Below are positions 9,657-19,750 of a DNA stretch of 64,000 nt, piece by piece (within the stretch, counting starts at the first letter, position 1; every line of letters begins with the position of its first letter). The notes under the pieces were generated by a model, which had not been told where the DNA came from, searched no databases, and worked only from the letters and a program-made list of their open reading frames with translations. Both the position numbers and the translations under genes were made by a program. The DNA is from an uncultured Oscillibacter sp. (lineage in GTDB: Bacteria; Bacillota; Clostridia; Oscillospirales; Oscillospiraceae), in assembly GCA_910583785.1 (NCBI GenBank), contig CAJTZK010000010.1:7338-71337 (forward strand). The letters are read 5' to 3'.

Positions 9657-9851
9657 ATGGAAAAGAGACTCTACAAGATCAACCAGGGGAAAATGGTGGA
9701 CGGCGTCTGCGGCGGCATTGCCGAGTATTTTGGCTTGGACCCCTCCTTGGTGCGCCTGGCCTGGATCATCTTCAGCGCCATGGGCGGCAGCGGCATCCCG
9801 GCCTATATCCTGGCCGCCGTCATCATTCCCCGGGAACCGGAACACCTATAA
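9657..9851 (+). CDS. PspC domain protein
   Basis: KRLYK...GVCGGIAEYFGLDPSLVRL; AAGGAG SD. Confidence 0.9.
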   Translation: MEKRLYKINQGKMVDGVCGGIAEYFGLDPSLVRLAWIIFSAMGGSGIPAYILAAVIIPREPEHL

Positions 9852-9905
9852 ATTATACCAATATTTTTACAATCTATCTATAGAACTGTCAGGAGGAACA
9901 GCAGC

Positions 9906-11024
9906 ATGGCAAAAGAGAAAGCACCCCTGCCCAGCGCGGCTCCGGCGGCGGACAAGAAAAAGGCCATCGACAGCGCCATGAGCCAGATCGAAAAAATGTA
10001 CGGCAAGGGTTCCATCATGCGCCTGGGGGACCGGACGGCCCTGAATGTGGAGTTTATCCCCACGGGCTCCCTGGCCCTGGACGTGGCCCTGGGCATCGGC
10101 GGGCTCCCCAAGGGGCGCATCATTGAGATCTACGGGCCGGAGTCCTCCGGTAAGACCACCCTGGCCCTCCACGTGGTGGCGGAGGCCCAGAAGCGGGGGG
10201 GCGAGGTGGCCTTCGTGGACGCGGAGCACGCCCTGGACCCCACCTATGCCCACGCCCTGGGGGTGAAGGTGGAGGACATGCTGATTTCCCAGCCGGATAC
10301 TGGCGAGCAGGCCCTGGAAATCACCGAGGCCCTGGTCCGTTCCGGGGCCATCGACGTGATTGTGGTGGACTCCGTTGCCGCCCTGGTGCCCCGGGCGGAG
10401 ATCGAGGGCGAGATGGGCGACAGCTACGTGGGCCTCCACGCCCGGCTGATGAGCCAGGCCCTGCGGAAGCTGACGGGCGCCATCGGCAAAACCAACACCA
10501 TCGTCATTTTCATCAACCAGCTCCGGGAAAAGGTGGGCGTCATGTATGGCAACCCGGAGGTCACCACCGGGGGCCGGGCCCTGAAATTCTACGCCTCCGT
10601 CCGCATCGATGTGCGCCGGGTGGAGGCCATCAAAAACGGCAGCGAGCTCATCGGCAACCGGACCCGGGCCAAGGTGGTAAAGAACAAAATGGCGCCCCCC
10701 TTCCGGGAGGCGGAGTTCGACATCATGTACGGGGAGGGCATCGTCCGCGAGAGCGAGCTTATCGACCTGGGCGTGAAGCTGGACCTGGTCCAGAAGGCGG
10801 GCTCCTGGTTCTCCATGGGGGAGACCCGCATCGGCCAGGGCCGGGAGGCGGCGAAAAAGTACCTCCAGGAGAACCCGGACATCCGGGACCAGCTGGAGGC
10901 GGACATCCGGAAGAACTTCGACAAGCTCATGAGCAACCAGGCCCGGGCCGCCGCCAAGGCCGCCGGACGGGCGGTGGACGTCAGCGCCGACGACTTTGAC
11001 GACTCCGGCGAATCCGGCGGATGA
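9906..11024 (+). CDS. recA: Recombinase RecA
   Basis: [33 protein letters not shown]. Confidence 0.99.
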   Translation: MAKEKAPLPSAAPAADKKKAIDSAMSQIEKMYGKGSIMRLGDRTALNVEFIPTGSLALDVALGIGGLPKGRIIEIYGPESSGKTTLALHVVAEAQKRGGEVAFVDAEHALDPTYAHALGVKVEDMLISQPDTGEQALEITEALVRSGAIDVIVVDSVAALVPRAEIEGEMGDSYVGLHARLMSQALRKLTGAIGKTNTIVIFINQLREKVGVMYGNPEVTTGGRALKFYASVRIDVRRVEAIKNGSELIGNRTRAKVVKNKMAPPFREAEFDIMYGEGIVRESELIDLGVKLDLVQKAGSWFSMGETRIGQGREAAKKYLQENPDIRDQLEADIRKNFDKLMSNQARAAAKAAGRAVDVSADDFDDSGESGG

Positions 11025-11647
11025 TGCGGATTGAGCGGATCGAGGCCTCCAAACATAAAAGGGGGCGCATCCTGGTGTTCCTGGAGGACGGGGCCTGCTT
11101 GAAGATCACGGAGCAGGAGCTGCTGGACTTCGGCCTCCGCTCCGGGGACCAGCTGGACCAGGAGGCCCTGGGGCGGCTGAAGGAGGCCGCCGGGGTTTCC
11201 AACACCCGGGCGGCGGCGGCGGACCTCATCGGCAAGCGGGCCATGAGCCGGAGGGACCTAGAGCGGAAGCTCCAGGAGAAGGGGGCCAGCGGGGCGGAGG
11301 CCCGCTACGCCGCCGAGTGGCTGGAGGCCATCGGGGCCCTGAACGACGCGGAGTACGCCGCCGCCCTGGCCCGGCACTACTCCCGGCTGGGCTACGGCCC
11401 CGCCCGGGTGCGGGAGAAGCTCTATGAAAAGGGCGTCCCCCGGGAACTGTGGGAGGACGCCCTGGGGGAGCTGCCGGAGGACGGCGGGCAGGTGGACGCG
11501 TTTTTGCGGAACAAGCTCCGGGGCCGGACGCCGGACGAGAAGGAGAAGCGGCGGCTGACCAACGCGCTGCTCCGCCGGGGGTTCCCCTGGGGGGAGGTAA
11601 AAAGCGCCTGGCGGCGGATGGGGGAGGAAATAGAACAAGAGGATTAA
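11021..11647 (+). CDS. recX: Regulatory protein RecX
   Basis: Coupled to rec[29 protein letters not shown]. Confidence 0.9.
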   Translation: MMRIERIEASKHKRGRILVFLEDGACLKITEQELLDFGLRSGDQLDQEALGRLKEAAGVSNTRAAAADLIGKRAMSRRDLERKLQEKGASGAEARYAAEWLEAIGALNDAEYAAALARHYSRLGYGPARVREKLYEKGVPRELWEDALGELPEDGGQVDAFLRNKLRGRTPDEKEKRRLTNALLRRGFPWGEVKSAWRRMGEEIEQED

Positions 11648-11669
11648 TCCTCTTGGCTCCTTGCTTCCG

Positions 11670-11903
11670 GCCCTTCGGGCGGGGCGGATTGGTGGTCAGC
11701 GATGGCTGGTCCATTGCACCCCCCATTCTCTCTTTTGCGAAAAGAGAGAATGCGCCGTGCACGGTGGAAGAGAGAAAACGGGGGCGCGTTGGCAGTACCT
11801 CCGGTTTCACGAATGTCTTCTGCCCGCGGCGTGGTGCGGGCGGGGGTTTTGGTGGTCGACGCATGGTCTGATCTTCCGTCCTCGCTGCCGCTAATCTGGC
11901 GGT
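11670..11903 (+). repeat. ~230-bp structured intergenic repeat, copy A
   Basis: Diverged inverted copy of 12519-12751; contains hairpin TTCTCTCTTTTGCGAAAAGAGAGAA and palindrome CCGTGCACGG. Confidence 0.9.
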
Positions 11904-11920
11904 CGGGGAATCCTCTGCCA

Positions 11921-12175
11921 TCACTGTTCCAACGGTTCCAAAAGCTCCGCCATTAGCTGCGCACCAAAGCGGACGCCCATATAGAAGGATTCCTCCGCCT
12001 GTTTGTTCGCTAGGGCTTCAATGCTGGGCACTAAGGCCTCTGCGACTTTTTCCTCCACGACCCTGAGCTGAGTCGCGATTTTCTGCTCCTCCACACACTG
12101 GGGGTTTTCCAGGCAGGAGAGCGTCGCAAGCATGAGGGGGCCGTCGTGGTATATTTGGGCCAAAATATTTGACAT
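11921..12175 (-). CDS. Small helical hypothetical protein (DUF6809-like), cassette 1
   Basis: AGGAGG SD; C-terminal ESFYMGVRFGAQLMAEL; own consensus promoter. Confidence 0.75.
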   Translation of the reverse strand: MSNILAQIYHDGPLMLATLSCLENPQCVEEQKIATQLRVVEEKVAEALVPSIEALANKQAEESFYMGVRFGAQLMAELLEPLEQ

Positions 12176-12197
12176 AATGAAATCCTCCTATTGTGTT

Positions 12198-12241
12198 TGT
12201 TCCTATAAGTAGAGTATACTCCACTTATAGGAACATGTCAA
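12198..12241 (-). promoter_or_regulatory. Promoter plus 38-bp palindromic operator candidate, cassette 1
   Basis: Minus-strand TTGACA-N17-TATACT; TGTTCCTATAAGT-A-GAGTATACTC-C-ACTTATAGGAACA at 12198-12235. Confidence 0.8.
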
Positions 12242-12252
12242 GGTACAATTTT

Positions 12253-12492
12253 ATGAAAACTACACTTTTACTAAAAGATAGAGTATATCAGCTGCGAAAG
12301 GCTGAGGGGCTGACCCAACAACAGTTAGGAGAAGTTCTGGGGCTTACACATAAATCCATCAGCATGCTGGAAAGCGGCGGGCGCAGTACCACTATTGACA
12401 AGCTGGTAATTTTAGCGGAGCATTTTCACGTCTCCACGGACTACCTGCTGGGCATCACCGACGACCCCACCTGGCGGGGGCCGGAGGAGTAA
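12253..12492 (+). CDS. XRE-family HTH regulator, cassette 1
   Basis: LRKAEGLTQQQLGEVLG...ISMLESG...VSTDYLLG. Confidence 0.9.
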   Translation: MKTTLLLKDRVYQLRKAEGLTQQQLGEVLGLTHKSISMLESGGRSTTIDKLVILAEHFHVSTDYLLGITDDPTWRGPEE

Positions 12493-12518
12493 TCTGACAG
12501 GGGGTCAGGCCACAGCTC

Positions 12519-12751
12519 ACCGCCAGGTTAGCGGCAGCGAGGAGGGCCGAACAGTCCTTGCATCGACCTCCAAAACCCCCGCTTGCGCTACGCCGCGGGC
12601 AGGGACATGCGTATCAAGCAGTCTGTACCGTGCCGCGCCCCCGTTTTCTCTCTTCCACCGTGCACGGCGCATTCTCTCTTTTCGCAAAAGAGAGAATGGG
12701 GGGTGCATTGCACCAGCCATCGCTGATTGCCAATCCCCCGCCCGAACGGGC
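12519..12751 (-). repeat. ~230-bp structured intergenic repeat, copy B (inverted relative to A)
   Basis: Reverse complement aligns along 11670-11903. Confidence 0.9.
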
Positions 12752-12774
12752 GACTACAAGAAAGGGGGCACATC

Positions 12775-14097
12775 ATGCCCTATAAGGTATATTTTCTCTC
12801 CCTTGGCTGCGCCAAAAACCAGGTAAACTGCGAGCAGATGATGTCCCTGGTCCAGGCGGCGGGTCACGAGATTGTCCCAGACCCCGCCGGGGCCGACGCG
12901 GCGGTGGTGAACACCTGCGGCTTCCTGACTTCCGCTTGTGAGGAGGCCATCGGCCACGTCCTGGAGCTGGCGGAGCTGAAGCGGGCCGGAACACTGAAAA
13001 AAATCCTGGTCACCGGGTGTATGGCCCAGCGGTACCAAGCCAGCGTGCTGGAGGAGCTGCCGGAGACCGACGGCATCCTGGGTACCGGGAGCTACGGCGA
13101 CATTGTTCCGGCTCTTTCCGAGGCCATGGAAGCGGGCCTCCGGCCCTGCCATCTGGGGAACATCCACACCGCCCCCCAGAACGGGCCCCGCATTCTCTCC
13201 ACGCCCCCCTGGTATGCCTATCTCCGCATCGCCGAGGGCTGTGACAACCACTGTGCCTACTGTGTCATACCCTCCCTCCGGGGCAGGTACCGCAGCCGTC
13301 CCATGGGGGAACTGCTGGACGAGGCGGCGGAACTGGCCTCCGCCGGGGTCAAGGAGCTCCTGGTGATTGCCCAGGATATCACCCGCTACGGCACGGACTT
13401 GAACGGGGAGCACCAGCTGGCCGCCCTCCTGCGGGAATTGTGTAAGCTGGATTTCCACTGGATCCGCCTGCATTACCTCTATCCTGACGAGATAACCGGG
13501 GAGCTCATCAGCACGATTGCCAGCCAGCCGAAGATTCTCCCCTACCTGGACATTCCCATCCAGCACTGCAATGACGGCATCCTGAAGGCCATGAACCGCC
13601 GGGATACCAAGGAGTCCATCCGCGCCCTGTTCAAAACCCTCCGGACGGGGATTCCCGGCCTGGTCCTGCGGACCAGCCTGATTACGGGCCTCCCCGGCGA
13701 GGGGGAGGAGGAGTTCGGGGAGCTGTGTGAATTTCTCCGGGAACAGAAAATCGAGCGGGCCGGGGTGTTCCCCTTCTCCCCGGAGGAGGGGACGAAGGCG
13801 GCGCGGATGGACCACGTGGACGCGGAAGAGGCCGCCCGCCGGGCGGAGATCGCCGTAGACGTGCAGTCCGATGTCATCGACGCCTACAACGAGTCCGTCC
13901 TGGGCGCGGAGCGGGAGGTCCTCTGCGAGGGCTTCGACGGCCAGGCCCAGATGTTCTACGGCCGGAGCTACGCCGAGTCGCCGGAGATCGACGGGCGGAT
14001 TTGGTTCACGGCGGAGGAGGAGCCGGAGCCGGGGGACTTTGTCACCGTCCGCCTCACGGGAACCATGGATGGCGAGCTCACCGGGGAGCGGACATGA
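12775..14097 (+). CDS. rimO: Ribosomal protein S12 methylthiotransferase
   Basis: SLGCAKN, NTCGF, radical-SAM CDNHCAYC, C-terminal TRAM-like PEIDG. Confidence 0.95.
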   Translation: MPYKVYFLSLGCAKNQVNCEQMMSLVQAAGHEIVPDPAGADAAVVNTCGFLTSACEEAIGHVLELAELKRAGTLKKILVTGCMAQRYQASVLEELPETDGILGTGSYGDIVPALSEAMEAGLRPCHLGNIHTAPQNGPRILSTPPWYAYLRIAEGCDNHCAYCVIPSLRGRYRSRPMGELLDEAAELASAGVKELLVIAQDITRYGTDLNGEHQLAALLRELCKLDFHWIRLHYLYPDEITGELISTIASQPKILPYLDIPIQHCNDGILKAMNRRDTKESIRALFKTLRTGIPGLVLRTSLITGLPGEGEEEFGELCEFLREQKIERAGVFPFSPEEGTKAARMDHVDAEEAARRAEIAVDVQSDVIDAYNESVLGAEREVLCEGFDGQAQMFYGRSYAESPEIDGRIWFTAEEEPEPGDFVTVRLTGTMDGELTGERT

Positions 14098-14369
14098 AAA
14101 GCCCCCTGACGGAAATCCCCGGCGTGGGGGCCCGCACCGCCGCCGTCATGGAGGCCCTGGGCATCCGGGCGGTCCCGGACCTCCGGGGCCGGGACCCGGA
14201 GGAGCTGTACCTGCAAGAGTGCCTGCTGAAAGGCTTCCAGGAGGACCGCTGCGTCCTGTATGTCTGGCGGGCGGCAGTTTATTACGCGGACCACGGGACC
14301 AGGGACCCAGAGAAGCTGAAATGGTGGTACTGGAAGGACAAACCCTATCCGGAGAAGGAGGACCTATGA
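14094..14369 (+). CDS. Helix-hairpin-helix small protein (Cdd1-like)
   Basis: IPGVG HhH; DPEELY...DRCVLYVWRAAVYYA...LKWWYWKD. Confidence 0.8.
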   Translation: MKSPLTEIPGVGARTAAVMEALGIRAVPDLRGRDPEELYLQECLLKGFQEDRCVLYVWRAAVYYADHGTRDPEKLKWWYWKDKPYPEKEDL

Positions 14370-14953
14370 ATCTGCCCAATAAATTGACCATGCTCCGCAT
14401 TATCCTGACGCCCATTTTCTTGGCGGTGCTGTACGGGGGGTTTCCCGGCGCGGACTACGCGGCCCTGGCCATCTTCATCATCGCCAGCCTGACGGATATG
14501 CTGGACGGGAAAATCGCCCGGAAGTACAACCTGGTCACGGACTTCGGCAAGTTTGCCGACCCTCTGGCGGACAAGATTCTGGTGGTGGCGGCCATGCTGT
14601 GGTTTGTGGAGTGCGGGCGGATGCCCGCCTGGATGGTGATGATTGTGATCACCCGGGAGTTTGCCGTCAGCGGCCTCAGGATGATTGCCTCGGACAACGG
14701 GCGGGTGATTGCCGCCGGGTGGTCCGGGAAGGTGAAAACAGCCTCCACCATGGTGTGTATCGTGGTGATGCTGGCTCTGGGGCCTCAGATTGAGGCGGCT
14801 CGGATGCAGATGTATTTGTCGTCCCAGTTCCCCGCCCCGCGTCCCCCGATCCTGTGGGTGGACATTATCTGCGGCTGGGTCATTACCTTGACGACTCTGT
14901 ACTCTGGGGTGGAATACTTCCTGAAAAACAAAGATGTTATCCGCTCTGCTTGA
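14366..14953 (+). CDS. pgsA: CDP-diacylglycerol--glycerol-3-phosphate phosphatidyltransferase
   Basis: MNLPNKLT, DMLDGKIARK...FGKFADPLADK. Confidence 0.95.
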   Translation: MNLPNKLTMLRIILTPIFLAVLYGGFPGADYAALAIFIIASLTDMLDGKIARKYNLVTDFGKFADPLADKILVVAAMLWFVECGRMPAWMVMIVITREFAVSGLRMIASDNGRVIAAGWSGKVKTASTMVCIVVMLALGPQIEAARMQMYLSSQFPAPRPPILWVDIICGWVITLTTLYSGVEYFLKNKDVIRSA

Positions 14954-14962
14954 GCGGTACAC

Positions 14963-14996
14963 AAAAGCCCCGCTGTCTCTCGACAGCGGGGCTTTT
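14963..14996. terminator. Bidirectional intrinsic terminator
   Basis: AAAAGCCCCGCTGTC-TCTC-GACAGCGGGGCTTTT between convergent genes. Confidence 0.85.
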
Positions 14997-15016
14997 CATA
15001 TCGCTTAATTCGTTGC

Positions 15017-16033
15017 TTAGTTCAGCTTGACGGCCTTGCCCGTTCTCCACGCTTCCGTGGTGGCGTAGCCGATGGCGGTGGACTTGGTCCCGTCGTAGAC
15101 GCTGACCCCGGGGGCCTTGCCCTGGAGCACGCAGTCCACGAACTCCTGGACCTCGATGAGGTAGGCCTCCTCGAACCGCTCCGGGAAGGAGCCCACGCAC
15201 TCGGCGCACACGCCGTTGGTGTTGTACAGCCGGGCCTGGTTCTTCTCCGGCACGGCGGAGATGCGGATGGTGCCCTCGGTGCCCACGATCTCCGTCTCCA
15301 CGTGGTAGCCATAGGGGGCCGTCCGGCCCACGTGGATCATGCCCATGGCGCCGTTTTCAAATTTGTAGACCGCCACGCCGGTCTCGTCGTCCCCGGCGTC
15401 CTTAAACTCCGGGTGCTTGAAGGTGGCGCCCATGGCGTAGACCTCCGTGGCCTCGCAGCCCAGGAACCAGCGCATGAGGTCGATGTCGTGAATGGCCATG
15501 TCCAGGAAGATGCCGCCGGAGTTTTTGGCGAACCGGATGGCTCCCTCCACAAACGCCTCCGGGTCAATGCCCGTGGCCTTCACCAGATAGGGGGTGCCGA
15601 TGGCCCCCTCCTCGATCTTCTGTTTGGCGTAGGAATAGGACTTGTCATAGCGGCGCATGAAGCCCAGCATGAAGGTGAGCTCCGGGTGCCTCTCCACGGC
15701 GGCCTCCGCCTGCTTGCACTGGGCCACATCCACGCCCAGGGGCTTCTCAGAGAAGACGTGCTTCCCCGCGTCCAGGGCGGCCTCGATCTGCCAGCAGTGC
15801 TCGCTGGAGGTGGTGACAATGACCACCGCGTCGATGTCGGCTTTCGCCAGCATCTCCTTGTAATCCGAGTAGACGCCGGTGACACCCAGCTCGTTTTTGG
15901 CGTATTCCAGCTCGGCAGGAACGATGGAGCAGGCCGCCGCCAGCTCCGCGCCGGGGATTTTATAGCGGATATTCTGTGCGTGGACCTTGCCCAGACGGCC
16001 CAGGCCCACCACGCCGATTTTCACTTTTTCCAT
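15017..16033 (-). CDS. Gfo/Idh/MocA oxidoreductase (inositol 2-dehydrogenase-like)
   Basis: GLGRLG, EKP, GFMRRYD, DMAIHDID. Confidence 0.9.
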   Translation of the reverse strand: MEKVKIGVVGLGRLGKVHAQNIRYKIPGAELAAACSIVPAELEYAKNELGVTGVYSDYKEMLAKADIDAVVIVTTSSEHCWQIEAALDAGKHVFSEKPLGVDVAQCKQAEAAVERHPELTFMLGFMRRYDKSYSYAKQKIEEGAIGTPYLVKATGIDPEAFVEGAIRFAKNSGGIFLDMAIHDIDLMRWFLGCEATEVYAMGATFKHPEFKDAGDDETGVAVYKFENGAMGMIHVGRTAPYGYHVETEIVGTEGTIRISAVPEKNQARLYNTNGVCAECVGSFPERFEEAYLIEVQEFVDCVLQGKAPGVSVYDGTKSTAIGYATTEAWRTGKAVKLN

Positions 16034-17046
16034 TACTTCGCGACCTTTTCCTTCTCCTCGGCCTCCTGCTTGGCAGCGGCGGCCAGGCGGCGGTTCTTGG
16101 CTTCCATAGCGGCACGGACCACGTCCATGAAGACCGCCAGGATGATGACCAGGCCCAGGACGATGTTCTGGCCCGCGGAGTCGATGGACAGCATGGTGAA
16201 GCCGTTGCGGAGGACCGCGATGATCAGGCAGCCCAGCATGGTGCCGATCATGGTGCCCTTGCCTCCGGTGAAGGAGGCCCCGCCGATGATGCAGGCCGCG
16301 ATGGCGTCCGTATCATAGGGCTGGTTGGCGTTGGCTCCGTTGCAGATGCCAGACCGTCCGATGGAGACGATGCCGCCCAGGGCCGCCATGATGCCGGACA
16401 TGGTGTAGCAGAAGGTCAGGACGTTGGCGGTGTTGATGCCGGAGAGCCGGGTGGCCTCCATGTTGCCGCCAGCGCAGTAGATGGAGCGGCCAAGGGCCGT
16501 GCGGCTGAGGAACAGGTGCATGATGAGGTACAGGACGATGACCACGATGAAGCTGACGGGGAAGCCGCCGATGGTGGCCTTGCCCAGGATCTGGACGGAC
16601 TCGGGGAAATTGTTGACCATCTGGCTTCCGGTGACCAGCAAAGCCAGGCCCCAGAGGACGTTCTTCATGCCCAGGGTGGACACGAAGGGATGGGGCAGGT
16701 GCAGCCGGGTCAGCAGGGTGCCGTTGATGAAGCCCACCACGCCGCCGGCCACGATGGCTACGATCATCATCAGGACGCCGCTTCCGACATTCGCCTTGTT
16801 CATGGCGCCCATGACGCAGGCGCAGAACACGGCGTTGGCGCCCACGGACAGGTCGATACCCGCGGTGATCAGGCACAGCAGCATGCCCGTCGCCAGGAAG
16901 GCGTTAAAGGCCGTCTGCTTCAGGATGCCCATGACATTGCTGTAGCTGTAGAAATTGGAGTTTGCGACGGACAGGACCACGCACATGATTACCAGGGCCA
17001 GCAGGGTGCCCATTTGGAACCCGGACCCGCTCTTTTTCTTAGTCAT
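16033..17046 (-). CDS. Sugar ABC transporter permease (RbsC-like)
   Basis: GIDLSVG, GGNMEATRLSGI, IAACIIGGASFTGG. Confidence 0.95.
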   Translation of the reverse strand: MTKKKSGSGFQMGTLLALVIMCVVLSVANSNFYSYSNVMGILKQTAFNAFLATGMLLCLITAGIDLSVGANAVFCACVMGAMNKANVGSGVLMMIVAIVAGGVVGFINGTLLTRLHLPHPFVSTLGMKNVLWGLALLVTGSQMVNNFPESVQILGKATIGGFPVSFIVVIVLYLIMHLFLSRTALGRSIYCAGGNMEATRLSGINTANVLTFCYTMSGIMAALGGIVSIGRSGICNGANANQPYDTDAIAACIIGGASFTGGKGTMIGTMLGCLIIAVLRNGFTMLSIDSAGQNIVLGLVIILAVFMDVVRAAMEAKNRRLAAAAKQEAEEKEKVAK

Positions 17047-18541
17047 CTAAACTACCTCCCCAAGCCGCTTTCATGATGTCCTCCTGGTTGAAATGCTTGC
17101 TGTCCCGGTCCACGGTGGCCATGACCTTGCCGCCCCGCATGACGACCACCCGGTCGCTCATGCCCAGGATTTCCGGCATCTCAGAGGAAATCATGATGAC
17201 GCATTTTCCCGCCTTTACCAGGCTGTTCATAACATTGTAAACCTCGACCTTGGCTCCCACGTCGATGCCCCGGGTGGGTTCGTCGAAGATGTAGATATCG
17301 GCGTCGTTGTTGATCCATTTGCCGATGACCACCTTTTGCTGGTTGCCGCCGGAGAGCTGTCCCACGATCTCGTCAATAGAGGGAGTCTTGATGCGCAGGG
17401 ACTGGATATGCCCCTGGCCGCTCTCCTCAATCTTCTTCTCATCCAGGAAGATGCCGGAGGAGTGCCGCTTGAGGCTGGAGAGAATCAGATTGGTGCGGAT
17501 GGTCTGGGCCAGCACCAGGCCCTGGCCCTTCCGGTCCTCCGTCAGCAGGGCGATGCCCGCCGCGATGGCCTGCTTGGGGTTCTTGATATGGACCTCTGTG
17601 CCCTTGACGTAGATTTTTCCGCCGTCAATGGGGTCCGCGCCGAAGATGGCCCGGACGGTTTCCGTCCGCCCCGCGCCCACTAGGCCGCTGAGGCCCAGGA
17701 CCTGTCCGCCGTAGGCTTCGAAGCTGACGTCCCGCAGCACGCCGCCGATGGAGAGGTTTTCCACCTTCAGCATGCACCCGCCCTTCTGGCCGAACTCCTT
17801 GGGGAACAGGTTATCCAGCGTCCGGCCCACCATGGAGGCGATCAGGGAGTCGTTGGTCCAGTCCTGGATGTCCCGGGTTTCGATGTACTCGCCGTCCCGG
17901 ATGACCGTCACCCGGTCGCAGAGCTCGAAGAGCTCCTCCAGCTTGTGGGAGACGAAGAGGATGCCCACGCCCCGGGCCTTCAGTTCCCGGCAGGTCTGCA
18001 TCAGCTGCTTGACCTCTTTTTCGCCCAGGGAGGAGGTCGGCTCGTCCATGATGATCATTTTCGCGTCGATCAGCACCGCCTTGGCGATTTCGATCATCTG
18101 CTGGACGCCCATGCCGAAGGTGCCCGCAGCCTTCCGGGGGTCGATGTCCTGGCCCAGGGACTGCATGACCTCGGCGGCCTTTTTGTGCATGCCCTCGTAG
18201 TCCAGGAGGAAGCCCTTCTTGGTCCATTTGTTGATGAAAATGTTATCCGTCACGCTGAGGAGCTTTTCAATGTTCAGCTCCTGGTACACGCAGGCGATGC
18301 CTGCGGCGGCGGATTCGTTGGGGTTTTTAAAAACCTTCCGCTCCCCGTGGACATAAATCTCGCCCTCGTCCGCCATGTGAACGCCCGTGAGGACCTTGAT
18401 CAGCGTGGATTTACCCGCGCCGTTTTCCCCGATCAATCCGTGGATCTCGCCCGGCTTCACAGCCAGCTGCATATTGTGCAGGGCCACGACGCCGGGGAAC
18501 CGTTTGGTTACGTTTTTCAGCTCAACTACGTATTCGCCCAC
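17039..18541 (-). CDS. Sugar ABC transporter ATPase (RbsA-like, two NBDs)
   Basis: GENGAGKST, DEPT twice, LSGGNQQK. Confidence 0.95.
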   Translation of the reverse strand: MGEYVVELKNVTKRFPGVVALHNMQLAVKPGEIHGLIGENGAGKSTLIKVLTGVHMADEGEIYVHGERKVFKNPNESAAAGIACVYQELNIEKLLSVTDNIFINKWTKKGFLLDYEGMHKKAAEVMQSLGQDIDPRKAAGTFGMGVQQMIEIAKAVLIDAKMIIMDEPTSSLGEKEVKQLMQTCRELKARGVGILFVSHKLEELFELCDRVTVIRDGEYIETRDIQDWTNDSLIASMVGRTLDNLFPKEFGQKGGCMLKVENLSIGGVLRDVSFEAYGGQVLGLSGLVGAGRTETVRAIFGADPIDGGKIYVKGTEVHIKNPKQAIAAGIALLTEDRKGQGLVLAQTIRTNLILSSLKRHSSGIFLDEKKIEESGQGHIQSLRIKTPSIDEIVGQLSGGNQQKVVIGKWINNDADIYIFDEPTRGIDVGAKVEVYNVMNSLVKAGKCVIMISSEMPEILGMSDRVVVMRGGKVMATVDRDSKHFNQEDIMKAAWGGSLDD

Positions 18542-18694
18542 CTAATAATCACCTCATTCTCTTGGAAATCAGGGGTTTCGCAACACACTGGATTTTGGAA
18601 ATATATGACAGGAAAAGAGAAAGGGGCCCCGATCCGGCGGAGCCGGAACGGGGCCCCTTCCATTCATTTCAAAAGGGATGTACGGCTTACGTTA

Positions 18695-19750
18695 TTAGGC
18701 CAGGTAACCCTGGAGCTGCTCCAGACGGGCCTGGGCGGTGTCGGGATCGACGATGCTGGCGCCCGCGTCGATGAACTCATCCAGGGTCTCGCCCTGAAGG
18801 GCGCGGACCACGGCGTCTACGGACTGGTAGCCCATCTCATAGCCTTCCTGGCAGACGGACATGGTCTCCTCGCCAGCGAGGATGGAGTTGCAGGCGGACT
18901 GGATGCCGTCGAAGCCCAGGAACACGGTGTTCTTGTAGTTTTCGTTGCCGGAGGCGGCAGCGGCCCGGGCGGCTGCCATGGCCATGTCGTCGTTGTTGGC
19001 GCAGATGACCGCGATTCCTTCGGGGTGGTTCTGGATAATGGCTTCCATGCAGGTCACGGCCTGGTCGGCCACGGCGTTGGCGTACTGGACCTCGTCAGAG
19101 AGGAAGGTGCCGCCAGCGGCCTCGATGCCAGCCTTGTATCCCGCCATACGGGCTTCGTTGGTAGAGTCGCCCTGGACGCCGGCAATTTCGATGCACTTGA
19201 TCTCTTCCCAGCCGCGCTCCTTGGCCAGCTTCGCGGCGGCCTCGCCGCCCAGCTTGCCAGCGGCCTCGTTGCCAGTGCCGACGAAGGAGAGGACCTCGGG
19301 GGCGTCAATGTCGGTATCCACCGCCACGATGGGCTTTTTCTGTCCGGCGATCATGTTGGTGACCATGTCCGCCTGGAGGGGGGCGATGACGTAACCGTCG
19401 ATGTCGGCGTTGTTCATGTCGGTTTCGATCATGTTCAGCTGTTCGTCATAGGCGGTTTCGGAGGTGGCGCCCTTGACCGTGACGGTCACATTGGGATGAT
19501 CCTTGGCATAGGCGTTGGCTCCGGCCTCCACATAGCTCCAGTACTCGGAGGCGGTGGTCTTCAGGATAACGGAGATGTTGTAGCTCTCGTCGCCGCCGTC
19601 GGAGGAACCGGAGTCGGCGGGCTCGGCCTGCTGCTGTTCGCCGTCCGCGGGGGCGGAGGAGCCGCCGTCATTGCCGCCGCCGCTGCCGCCGCAGGCGGCC
19701 AGAGACAGGGCCATGGCAAGGGTGAGGAGCAGTGCAAGGAACTTCTTCAT
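18695..19750 (-). CDS. Sugar ABC substrate-binding lipoprotein
   Basis: MKKFLALL...LAAC lipobox; RbsB-like NNDDMA and GFDG motifs. Confidence 0.9.
   Translation of the reverse strand: MKKFLALLLTLAMALSLAACGGSGGGNDGGSSAPADGEQQQAEPADSGSSDGGDESYNISVILKTTASEYWSYVEAGANAYAKDHPNVTVTVKGATSETAYDEQLNMIETDMNNADIDGYVIAPLQADMVTNMIAGQKKPIVAVDTDIDAPEVLSFVGTGNEAAGKLGGEAAAKLAKERGWEEIKCIEIAGVQGDSTNEARMAGYKAGIEAAGGTFLSDEVQYANAVADQAVTCMEAIIQNHPEGIAVICANNDDMAMAAARAAAASGNENYKNTVFLGFDGIQSACNSILAGEETMSVCQEGYEMGYQSVDAVVRALQGETLDEFIDAGASIVDPDTAQARLEQLQGYLA

Noticed and set aside
11702..11956. Similar short ORFs (MAGPLHPPFSLLRKER..., also 12517-12720 and 29529-29787) that look like a protein family
   Set aside because: They are translations of the structured repeat, lack SD sites, and their frames are not preserved between copies.
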